Source: Ptychomitrium polyphyllum
Taxonomy: Eukaryota
Length of the DNA stretch: 64,000 nt
NCBI GenBank assembly: GCA_973851085.1
Contig: OZ316776.1
Coordinates: forward strand, 10,788,001-10,852,000
Reading direction: 5' to 3'
Of this stretch, positions 1 to 12,170 are shown in pieces (the stretch's first letter is position 1; every line of letters begins with the position of its first letter). The position numbers were made by a program, and so were the translations under genes. The notes below the pieces were generated by a model. The model was given only the letters and a program-made list of their open reading frames with translations. It was not told the DNA's origin and did no database searches.

Positions 1-779
1 GACATTACTTGAGTCCCTTTTGTTATTGAGCTTTTAAAAGCAAGAAAAAATGTTAATATGAGTAACTATTTGAAGATGTTGAGGAAGTTTAGCAATAGAA
101 GAAGGAAGAATGGAAAAAGCTTAATCAAAGGTAGGCAAAAATGAACAATTAATGACATCCACCAATAGAGATTTGTTGTTGTTGGAATCATTAGGAAAAA
201 AATCTCATTAACAATAAATTTTTGGAAGCCTTAGTCACCAGAATATGTGTTAATTAAAATTAGTCATGTAATTCAATGGTACTACAACTTTTGGAAGAAG
301 CTGTAAAACAATCTTTTATTATTAAAAGATGTTTTTTTAGTCTATATGGAAAATTACATTTGTTTTTTCCAATTTGTGTCTTGGAAGTATCACATTTCTT
401 AGTAAGGGATTTGTTTTTCTTGAAATACATTAAATTCAATCTGAAGTTTTTTTTTATAATAAGGCCTAAAATTCAATTCTTTGGTTCTAAGAGTTTGATT
501 TTTAATCATTTTTAGCTTTACAACTGACATTTGCAATATGATACATGGTGTTATTAATTCCAAACATGCATGTAAATTAAACTCTTAGCATTAAAAATTT
601 TATTTCCAAAAAATTGACAGGACAAGAATTATGAGCTATTAAATTGCAGGTGAATGATGATATGATTAGAAGTAATTTTAGAATACATGGTCTCCAGGCA
701 TGTATGAAAAGGAAGATAACAGTATTATCAACACAACATTGTAAATAGCGCTTTGCATGGTCTAAAAATTATAAAGTGT

Positions 780-1392
780 AATTTGGAAAAATGGAATAGA
801 GTTATTTTTCTTCATGAAACCAAACTCAATGTCTTTGGCTATGATGGACATCAATGCTCCAAGATGTTTTTTATGATCCATATGCATGATTTAATATGAA
901 ATACAATGGACCAAACATCATAGTATGGAAATGTATTAATTGGCAAGGAGTTTGAAACATACATTTGATTGAAAGTACAACGGATGCAAAGCTTCATCTT
1001 ATCATTTTTAAACAAGATCTTTTAGATGTTATTCAAAGACAAAGAATTAAATATTGATAGTGTCATATTTCAAGAGCATAATGATCCAAAACATAAATCC
1101 AATTTTCTCAAAGATTGATTTGCATTGCAAGAAATTAATCTATTGATATACCCATCCAAGTCACATGATTTAATTCCTATTAAGCACACATGGAAAGAAA
1201 TATAAAAGCATCTAAGGAAATTTATTTGTAAATCAATAAGGATGACTTGTGGAATAAGATTTAGCAATTTTGATAGAGTATCAATATAGAAACAGTGAAG
1301 AAATTATTCAAATCAATGTTACAAAGAAGAAATGATGTTCTCACAATAAAAGAAGACTATACACTTTGATAAGTATCTTTTGTAGTAGTGTA
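780..1392 (+). mobile_element. Degenerate Tc1-family (DD34E-type) DNA transposon: transposase catalytic region plus probable right TIR and TA target site
   Basis: Manual + strand translation gives WNRVIFLHETKLNVFGYDG (~792), GPNIIVWKC, VIFQEHNDPKHKS (1062) and YPSKSHDLIPIKHTW (~1148). These match the Tc1 motifs W..VIFSDE, GGSIMVWGC, FQQDNDPKH and WPSQSPDLNPIE. The second-D position (1077) and E position (1182) are 34 residues apart. Catalytic residues are mutated and the frame is disrupted. The element ends AAGTATCTTTTGTAGTAGTG|TA at 1371-1392. Confidence 0.85.
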
Positions 1393-1710
1393 TTTGATTC
1401 CACTTCTTCTACTTTAATCATGTTTAATTTGGAAATCTTCAAGTGAAGCTATTTGAATTTAAGCAAAAGTGCAAGGCATTACTTGCACCTTCTATAAAAA
1501 AAAAAATTATATGTTTTTAATTTTCTACACTTCATTTCTTTACATTATTGTCTTTTATGAAGCAAATGCCCTCCTATATAAACTTTTGTGAAACATTTAG
1601 CTGATTTACAACATTGATAATGCTGTAAATTCAGTTAAATCATGTGAAGTAAATTCAACATTTTGATAATTCAATCAATACCATTCTAAAATGTCTTCAA
1701 TCAATGTTGA

Positions 1711-2557
1711 TTACAGAGAAGGAACAGCCTTATTTAAATTATTGAAATTTTCTTTGTATATCTTCATATTCTCAATGGATTCCCATGTGATTGATCCCAA
1801 ACGAACTTGAAGTAAAAGTTTTCCCCCTTCATTTCTTGAATCTAATATTCCTTCAATCTCAAACTCTCGTTTCCCATGTACTTCAACAGTGCTTGGTGGA
1901 GTCCTACCTGTTTTCTTACATAAGTTCACATTATTGATGGATTTGTACTACATCTTCAAACTCTCAATGAATATCTAATGAGGTTGAGGGATGCAATGTC
2001 TCACTTTTCCTTTTAAGCCGAATACTTTGCCAACTTCAAATTCTTGTTCACCATGTCCTTGGATAGGACATGGTGGAGTCCGGTGCTTTTTCCTATTCAT
2101 GCATTGGGAACAATCCAGTTGTGTGGTCCACTTTACCTGCCGATTTCTCCAATCAATATGAGGATTGTACTTTACAAGCCAGGGTAACCCAATTATAACT
2201 GGATTCAGTGCCGTTAATTGAATTATATTGAACACAATGGTGCTGCAATGGCCATTTATCATAACTATAATTGGTTCAGTTTCATGTGTAATTGCTCCAG
2301 ATTCAACCAACCTGCCATCAGCAACTAGGACAGATATGGGGTCTTTTTTCGTAACAAAGGGCACACCATTATCGTACACATATTTTATGCATACAAAGCA
2401 AGAAGTCGCTCCTGAGTCCAACAATGTATTAACTGGAATCACATCAGTCTTGCCATGTTTGATCTTTTTATGTGAGATCTCAATAGGAATAGAAAAAGAA
2501 GTAGCTGAATCTGAAGATAATGTGGCATTGTGAGCATCTGGACTTTTGGGGCTCATT
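1711..2557 (-). mobile_element. Ty3/gypsy (chromovirus)-derived ORF: retropepsin aspartic protease followed in frame by two chromodomain-like repeats, with two TAG stops
   Basis: LLDSGATSCFV ... VIIGLPWLVKYNPHIDW is a retropepsin signature. ORFs 1975..2703 and 1711..1929 are in the same frame. The repeats RTPP..HGEQEFEVGKV and RTPP..HGKREFEIEGILDSR..TWESIENM resemble integrase-associated chromodomains. Confidence 0.8.
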
Positions 2558-5368
2558 GTGATTTTAAGTAAAAGCCAATATATGTGCAATATATGTGCAA
2601 CACATAATATGCATGTTATGAAGTTGAAAAATGTTAAGTTTGTAATAAAGTATTTGATATGTAGTAAAATTTGCTCTTTTACTTCCAAGATATAATTGAT
2701 CATCTTAATTTCTTTTTAATTATTAGTGTCTCTATTTTAGAAAATTGTATACTAAAGCCCAAGTTTCGAATGGAGATCCTATTTAATTGAACTCATACTC
2801 AGATATCAATATGGTTGTAGCTACAATTCAACTATATGAAGAAGTAATTTAACTATCTAAAAATAGTTAAATTCCTACTACTATATTCTATTTTTATTCC
2901 ACTTACAGATCTATAAAAGTCCAAATATTAATTTTAATAACTTCAATATAACTCTTAATTAAAATCTGAATTCAGCATTTTCCATTAAATCTTCAATTTG
3001 AGATTTAAGCCAAATCATCTGCCATCGTAATTTAAATCTATTATAAAATTTCACATTACTTGAACACATCCCCAGAGCTAATCCGATTTTAATGAAATGT
3101 TAAATTTAATACTATTCTTATTATCCTTTTATTAAAAATCTGAATTAATTAGTAAACTTCCAGATTGAACCTGAAAACAGAAAATCAATTATTTTTAAAA
3201 TAACCAACAGAAGAAACAATCTAAACATCTCAAAAAAATTAATTTTAAAACCCTAGGCATTTACAAATTTATGTGTTTATTATATGTTGGTGATTTTTTT
3301 TAATATGAATATTTATAAAAGTTTTATCTTTTATATTTTATTATTTATGATGCAAATTGAAAACTACACTTTTATTGGTGGTAACTGTACTTACAAAGAC
3401 AATTTTACATGAAGCTTAAACACCAAAAGCTTATTTTGTCTTACAAGTATATACATACTTGGTTTACAAGGTAATATTATTTTTCTATTTTAGGTTTCAA
3501 TATATAGTATAAAAAACTTTAGTTCCTATTTGTTTGTCTATCCATTTATCTACATATATGTAACTTACTTTTACTATTATTATTTAGCTTTTAATTTTTA
3601 TAATTTTCTATTGTTTTTATTGTTTTTTCTTTAAAACTTTGTATTTTTTACTTTTTTGTTTTTACAATTGTACAAGAACTTGCTTTAAATGCCATCACAT
3701 TTAAAATGAAATGACTACCTTATTTATTTATCTTTGTTTTTATACTATTCATTAACTTGTTGTACATATATTTTTTTGTTTTATAATAAAGTATTATATT
3801 CTATAATTGCATATGACTACATCACAACAAATGCCTTTTATAATTAAAACTTTTAAAACAAAATAAACAAAATGTAAATTATCAACATTCCTTTCAAAGA
3901 AATCATTACAATACTTTTGAATCATAATGCATGTATAATCTTTAAAGTCACCTTCTTCTTAGTGTTGTCAATCTTATTCATTAATTAAATTTTAATATGG
4001 TTTTGAAATTTGTCAATATTTATGATCATATCTACATCTCATGGTTTTTTCTCCATACATAATCTTCAAAAATGAATTAGGAAATCCTATTTTCTACCAT
4101 TTCTAAAACACTACATATTACAATAGTTTGCTAGCCACCAAATTGTGCAGACAACACCACTTGTGTATGAAACATCTTAGTACCAAATTTGGTACATTGA
4201 AGATGACAAGTTGAAACAATACTAATTCAATAGCTTTGATGCCTAATATAAAAAACATTCATACCAAACCAATTATACAACAACTTCAACAAATCCTAGT
4301 TTCTGGTAGAAGGTAGAAATTACATTAAGAACAATAAAGTGTCACAAAAAATAAGGTATTGCTACGTGTTTTTGTGGGAACATGCAATTGAAAGTTCAAA
4401 AAGTTAAGGTAAAATTTAAGTTACTTATATAATGAATCATTTGACTTACTTTTGTCAAAGAATTCACCTAGAACCATGAAGCACATAAATTATAAACTAC
4501 ATAAAAGCATGACAGGCCGCAAATGGATTCAATACTGAGCTGTAAAAAAATTGAAATGGGAGACGTTGCAAAGCCAAGACAAAGAGCGTTAAGTGGAATA
4601 AGCTAATAAGAGAAAGAGCTCTCTAGCATGTATTCCACAAGTGTATCAACTTCAAAACAAGCTGTATCAATGTGTTAGTAAGAGGACCGTCTGAATAAAT
4701 TTGCAGCTGGTTGTTATCTGCATTTTCACCCTCTGATAAATATTCAGTTGTAAACTAGGATTGAAGGAGCACCAAGCTTATGCAATTCTCATTGTGGTGA
4801 CCTCCAGAGGGCTTGCACCGGCAGAATGCAGATAAAAGTACGTTCCGCAACCTCGTATTGGGACGTGCGATAGCGTTTGCATAGTGGGTCATGATATCAT
4901 TCTTCCAGTGAAACTGGTACCACCTAATCGTTCATAGCACATGCAGACTGTCAATATGAGCTTCAAGAGAACTCTATTCCAAATACATAGATCCATGGTT
5001 TTAGGGAAAGTTTATTTTTCTCAGACGTTTTCTAGTGACCTCTATGCTGGTCTCCACATCGAAATAATCCACATGCTAGATTCGTACATACTGTTTCTGA
5101 CTCTTGAAAGGTAAGAGTAAAAATAAGTCGATCCAAATTTAGAGCACAAAGGAATAAAAGGAAAAAAACCCATAACAACGGTGCACAAGGAGGGACGTGA
5201 GTGAACGGCGCACCTGCTTTGTCACGCCGAATAAGAATGCCTCGTGGTCTAGAGGCAATGAGAAACTCAAATATTTGATATCTGCAGAACTGATGGCTCT
5301 AGATGTGGAGAATCCTTAACAGCTAAACTCCTCAAGTTAGAATAGCTCTTCACCTCAGTCCAAAAGAT

Positions 5369-7314
5369 TCAACATGGAGAGTCTGTCAGGTCAATTACTT
5401 CTCTTGAAGACAAAATCGGCGTGTAGTCAGGTATCACCACCACCACCCGTGGCCTACAAGGGGGGGTGCGCGGTAGATTTTCAAGAAGGTCCTCATTACT
5501 CAAGTTCCGGATCGGCTCACTCGACTCTGAAAGAACCGGAATGTGCACATTAGATTTGTGCTGAAGACACCGCTTCACGATTGAGCTTGGCTGCGGCACA
5601 GAATATTGCTCCAGAAACGCTGAAAATGGGGACATTGAGGATATTTCTCTATTTACTGCACCCCTTTCATTTGGCAAAGGCGATAGAACCTGACGAGATG
5701 ATACTTTCTCGTAACAATCATAACTATAACAGCTACTTTGTTTTCCTACATCCCTAGATTCTGAGATTTCTAAGGTTGACCTCACTTTGGCCTTGCAGCG
5801 ACCTTGAGGATTCTGAACAGCCACATTTTTGGGGCGGCAGTGAGTTCTTGGTGAAGTCTCAAGGATGTGGTTTAAGTCAACTGGAGCTAGAGCTTCTACT
5901 TGGACACCCAGTGAGAACGCTGGTAACTGCCTATAATGGATTTTCAACAATTCATCGTCATCTACAGATCCCTTTCTAAGAGTGTAATTAACAGAAGCTG
6001 GAAACTCTACCGGCTGACTTCTATCCCCGAGAGTTGCCGATTCCGCCTGTGCTTGCCTTCCTGATACATCAGTAGCATTCACCAACAGTTGAGCAAGGGA
6101 TGAAGCACGTGAACTACTCGCAACAACATCTCCTATTACAGACATGTCGGGAGCTTTACTTTGCTTCTGAGTCCTATCCAAGAATTTCGGTCTTCCAATT
6201 TCTTCACTCCTACAATTCTGATACTCAGTTGATAGATCTGAATCATCTTCTTCAATATCAGAAAAGTTTGATCCAGAGTCTATGAAAGAATCTTTAGATT
6301 CTTCCAAATTCGATATTTTCCTGCTTTCCTCCACCATGTCAGCGTTCAATTCTGAATCTGCCTCCTCCGCATTCATTGGTAATGACTCCACAGGTGCAAT
6401 GGATAACCCCATGTGCGGAGGCAGCCCTGGACAACCTTTTCTATAATCGATATACTTACTAGAAAGGAACTGCACATTCAGATCCATGCTACTCCATTTA
6501 TCACAGTTCAGCATAGTAAACAGTAGATAAAACTGCTTCTTCAATCCTCGAACTGATGATGGAATGCGAGCAGCTGCTTCCTTCACGGCCAGCGATTTTG
6601 TAGGATGTTGCCATGCCCATTCAAATTGTAAAGCCTCTACCTGAATCACAACCAGTATCAAGTAATCATATCTATAACATCCCTCCACATTATCCTCAAT
6701 CCTCAAGCACATGACGGTTGCATTAGCCCGGACGTAAATTCAACCACTTCAGGCGATTGAAGGACCGTATAGCTCCCAAATACAACTATTACCTCAGAGC
6801 TTCAATCATCGCATACAACTCCATAGTCTCTCATAAACTTCCTACAGAATTTAAATAAACCAAACCGTGGATATCCCGGCGATATAACATTTTCTAGACG
6901 ACAGAGTACATGTATACACATCTAGTATCATGTGCAAAACCTCGACTTAATGACTGCGGACAACCAACACCTAAAGCAAACTCTTTCAAGCATAGATTCT
7001 CATGTAGAAAAATTAATATGAAAACTCACACAACGCGCAACACATCAGCAACATCGCCAAGAGCATCAACACCCGCATAACGACGATGGACGTACCTGCG
7101 ACGAAAACCCGTAGACGCAGAGCACCATATCCCACGGCCTCTTCCGGTGCGTGCGCCAGGCACCGGAAGTCAATTCCCCATTGTGCTGCCGGATTCGGCG
7201 ACGCGGGTTCACCGAAAATCCAATGTAGTGACATCCCTTGTACCGCGGATTGAGCGAGGTCAGCAAGTAGCACGCGAAGAAGCACCCTCTCCCATTCCCG
7301 CCACTCTCGTCCAT
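5369..7314 (-). CDS. SLX1: SLX1-like GIY-YIG structure-specific endonuclease (2 exons: 7314-7096, 6640-5369)
   Basis: [33 protein letters not shown]...[17 protein letters not shown] spliced (CAG|GT at 7096/7095, AG|G at 6641/6640) to [13 protein letters not shown] gives the SLX1 nuclease domain. The start codon is uncertain: 7314, or an upstream in-frame ATG. Confidence 0.92.
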
Positions 7315-10300
7315 TCTGTTCGACCCCCGGCTCGTTTGCTTTGCCGGAACCCTCCTTCCCGAGTACCACGCGTGCCCTGCACTCCACAAGCTCGTCGCCA
7401 CAAACAGAACCCGCAGAGGAATCGATGGAAACGCATGCGTAATCGCCAAGCTCCCCGGAGATTCTAGCCCTAGACCTCCTATGCACATCAACTTGGAAGA
7501 GGAGGCAAATTCCGAGCGAAAAGGTCACCTCGACGACGTAGTGTACTGTACTATTCCATGTGTAATCTGCAATGTCGGTGCACGACCAGGTTTTGGATTT
7601 TTGAACTTTACCTCCGCGGGGCGACTCCCAAGGCTGGTCACGCCATTACTTGGGTTTAGAGCTGCTTTTGGTGAGATGGGGTAGAGTACTAGTGTAACCT
7701 CCTTCTTAAGGCCACTCTTGTTCATACCGCACCATCACGTACAAGACACATTTTGGTCACGAACAAAATTTTCTTTCTCATACAATTACAACACTCAATC
7801 ACTATAACATGACATTTGAAATGTCCATCTTATCGATTATAAAGGAAACGTGAGTAATTTCATCACATAATAAGGAAGTTTTGAATCAAAAACACATTTC
7901 AATCATTTGTCTCAAAGACTTTTTATGGAAAATTATGAAAACATATAAAAATCTATGAAAATTCTATTCAATATTACAAATTTTTGATAGTTTGACAATT
8001 TTCATATTTATCAATCCTATCATGTTACAAAAGAACAATAATACTTGAAAAGCAAGTGAATATTTTTCATACTGAGTAAATTGATTTTATTATATCCCTT
8101 CAAATTTCTAAATGTTATTTAGAATAACTCTTTGTATATATCTTATTAGAAGTACTATATATATATATATATAATTATTATTATTATTATTTTATTTTAT
8201 TTTTTATTTTTTTATTTTGATATAATATAACATTTTTACAACATATGTCAAATAGTTAACCATTTTTTTTAAATCATAATTTTTATGAAATCATTTTTAG
8301 ACTTTTAATCAAAACACTTTAAATCACTTAATATATGGAAAAATCAAGCTTTAAAATATAAAAAATGGTTTTTTTATTTGATTATATAATGTTGAAGATA
8401 TAAGTTTTATATATTTATTTGCTAATTATAGTCTAATTTTTTTAAGTATACAATAAAAAAGAATTTAAAAACTAAAAAAACTAAAAAATCTAAAAATAAA
8501 GTAGCAGATTTCCATTATAAGCCTAAAAGATTTTAAGATGATCTTAGAAGAATTTAGCTCATACTTACTACTTTAAAGTGATTCAAAATGTTAAAAATGA
8601 AGAGATATGGATTTAAGATGGTAGAACTCAAATAGATGAGAAATCTTATAATAAGGAATGAAAATAAGGCTCACGGCTTTTGACAAATGTTATGTCTTTT
8701 AAAAATGTAGAGTATAAATATCATTTTAATTGTAAAAGCAATTATCACATAATAATTAAGGTTGTGAATCCTAATTCAAGTTAAGGCTAGTATCTGGTTT
8801 GGAATTTAGATCTCAAAGAAACTTACAAGTAATGTTATAAAGGTACCTTAAGTATTTTTAAATACCTTTGTATTTGTTTAGATTGAATTTGTGATTGTAT
8901 AAACTTGATTTATAAGTAAGTCACGTAAATAAAATATATAAACATATTTAAAAAATTAGAACTAAAAAGTATTTGAATGTTAGATATAAATTTTAAAATG
9001 TGAATTAATAGTGAAGTTACAAATTATAAAAAGATGCCTTTGTTTCAATGGGAGTTTGGTTTCAATTTTTTTATCACCACAATTATTTAACTAATGATGA
9101 TATTATCCAAAATTTAAAACAAAAAGTCCATTAAAAGAAAGGCAATTTTTTAATAAATTTGGAAATTCAAATTTTTCTATACTTTAAGAAGCAGCTTAAT
9201 TTACGTTGAAGTGATAAATTTAGTCCAATAAATTTATTTATTTCAATTTAAATATAAAAACCTATATAAGGTCTTTGAATATATAATAAAATAGGGCATT
9301 CTTCCATCATATTTTATTATATTCATAATAGAATAAGTTTGAAGTAGATCTAAATAATATATGCAAGATTGGAAAAAATAATGAACAATATTACTTCTAA
9401 TTTTGGAATTGCTAAAGAAAATAAAAATTTCTTCATAATCTACCTTTTGATTTAATGTACATTAAATTAATTCTAAAACATAGTTTTGTACATTATTGGC
9501 TACAGATATAGTATGATTGATGGTAAATTTGATTTTTATTGGCCTACCAAGTCTATTATTCAATACTACCAAATTTTCCTACCAATATCATTGGATAATA
9601 ATTGTTAGTCTATTTTTTTGTAGTTTAAACATTGAATAGATCTAAAAATCTAGTATATATACCCTCAATCAAGAGAGTTGAAGATATAGTATATTTTTTT
9701 GATTAATCTAGTTTTTTGTTCCAAAAGTACTGAAGTATGTTTCTTCTATAAACTAGTTGATTTGTAGGTGATATATGATAATTTAAAGATTATCCTAAGT
9801 ATGTTTCATTTTCACTTCCTTATGAGCTTTTAATTGCAAGTATTCTTCTAATTAGTAGTTATTGACCCTAACATTGACCTTTCAAAGGTTAATGATCTTT
9901 TCAATTCCATTTGAAATATTGTTAATCTTACTCATTTTAATTAAAAAGTACAATGATCTCCATGTGTATATATACATATACATGAATCATTTTACTTGAA
10001 TGTTCAAAGTTAATCATCTTGAAATTTAGGCATTTCATAAAAGAATCATGAGGGCCAATTTTTATATTTAAAAACTATATAACCTAATTTTTTGCAGTTT
10101 TGTTAAATAATGATTATTTTGGATTCTTTTCTATTTTATGTGCTTTTAAATATACACCCTTTTCATAAATCAATCTTAATAAAATAAAAACAATAGAAGA
10201 TATTTTTTTGAAAAATTGATGAACTTTCAAAAGTAAATGATGATTTTTAATTTGTTTTAGAACGATCAGATATGATTTTTCATGTAAACATTGATAATAC

Positions 10301-11882
10301 AAATAATACCTAATCATCATGTTTCTTTTTTTTTATGAACAAATTTTGTCAAAATTACCCATATTATAAAATATATAAATTTACCACTAGACACAAATAT
10401 GAGGTCTAAGAACAATTTCTTCATTCATGTCAAATTTCCTACAGTAAAAGAGACAAAATTTATTCTTCTTCTTTCTACATATAAGATATTAAACATGCAC
10501 CCAATTCTTTGGGGTTTAAGAATTGAAAATAAGGACAACTCTGTGGTGACCTGTTGACCAGAAATTTCCTTTGCTTGGCTGTTTTCAAACATATTTTCCT
10601 TTGCTTGGCTGTTGTAGTGGTAAAAATTGCATTTGCAATCCAAATGTTTTTTTTAATAACAAATAAACCGTAAATGATGATGTACTAAAGTACATGGAAT
10701 TCTTGAACATATGAGGCTTTCTTATGAAGTTTCGCAGGTCATCCTTGAACAATCCACTTGTCTACTTCAAAATAAAGTTAAAAGGGACTGTAATACTCTA
10801 AAGAGGAACTTCAATAGATTGTAAAAATCACACTTTCAGAGTACAGTTTGCCTGTGCAATACCAAAAGTGCCAGAAAAGGACCCCAGAAAGGCTTTGGAA
10901 AACAGGCAGTTGATGCCTTTGTAGATCACAGAGGGCGTTCCTATTGAAAATTGGAACGTATGACCTTTCAAACATCATGAAGACACTTCAAACAATCATT
11001 TGAACTTCAAGGATCCAAATACAGTTGGGTAGTATGTAACCACAGGGTTGCCAGCAGATGTCTGCAAGAGTCATCTCATGTGCAAATAAACATAATGGGA
11101 TACAAGTTATGAGTTTTGCTTTACCTTTGGTTGTTGAAAATCACTTTAATTATTGACAAGACAAATGAGAAGACAAATTGGTGACTCTTTGTTCAGCCCT
11201 GCTTTGTATCTTTTGCATTTCATATTGTATTACTGAAATGTGGCCAAGTTACAGCCTATACTGATGGATAAGTTCACCACTTTCTTTGGGATATTTTTAC
11301 CTAAGACAGTGTAGGCATCATTGAAAACTACTCATGACTTGAAGAACAGAGAAGATGAATTGAGTTAAGTTTACATATTTTAAAGAGGTTCATGTTATCT
11401 AGACCAGCCTACAGGGTGCTTTCTGGGACTTTTTGAAAGGGAACAGAATGCATAAAGGACCAAGGGCTGATAGAGAAGGGAGAGGCTATCAGTTAGTAGA
11501 ATGATATCTCTGTGAGTTGTGATATGGGGACTTTTGTGGTCACAATGGATACAAAGTCACAGGTATAGTCTGTATGAGCCTTCCTTCCCACTCCTGTATC
11601 CATGCAAATTACCCAGTACATTTTCTATTATGGCCTGCTGATCTTTGAGATCCCAACCTTACATGGCACCCTTCTCATTATTGGTGGTGGAGCCAATTTG
11701 CCGTACTAGGGTGTAGGTGTTACATTTGAAAAATTCCATGTTAAATTTAGGGTCCATAGCATGGAGTAATCCTTGGGGTTCCACCTTGGCAATTTAGTCA
11801 ACCAATGAAAGGTTTTGATTTTTAAGAAGGAAACCCATAAAATAGAAGGCAGATCTCACAATAAGGCGTGTGCATTTATAGC

Positions 11883-12170
11883 ATTCCCTCTGCAATCATA
11901 ACTTATCTTCTTTTCAGACACTCTTTTGCAATATCAATTCCTAGACCATTCACTCTTTGCACTTTTTGCATGCTGTTTCTCAATTCCAATCACCTTTTGG
12001 GAACAGAGGCTCTTATTAGGATATGTGTTGCTGAACATGAATTGGTAAAGTATGCTGTCCCTGCTTTTGGGAAGTTGGATAACACTGTGCCTCCAAGTGC
12101 AAACATAATAATTATTAACAGTTTGAACAGCTCTTCAGTAAAGTGTGCCTCATTCTTTATGTATGAGAAC
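11883..12170 (-). pseudogene. Possible decayed BRCT-like coding fragment
   Basis: Minus frame reads FSYIKNEAHFTEELFKLLIIIMFALGGTVLSNF...ATHILIRASVPKR*...VNGLGIDIAKECLKRR*, loosely like the BRCT pattern (helix-LGG.V...THLI...C). It lies in a CpG-poor region and has in-frame stops. Confidence 0.3.
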
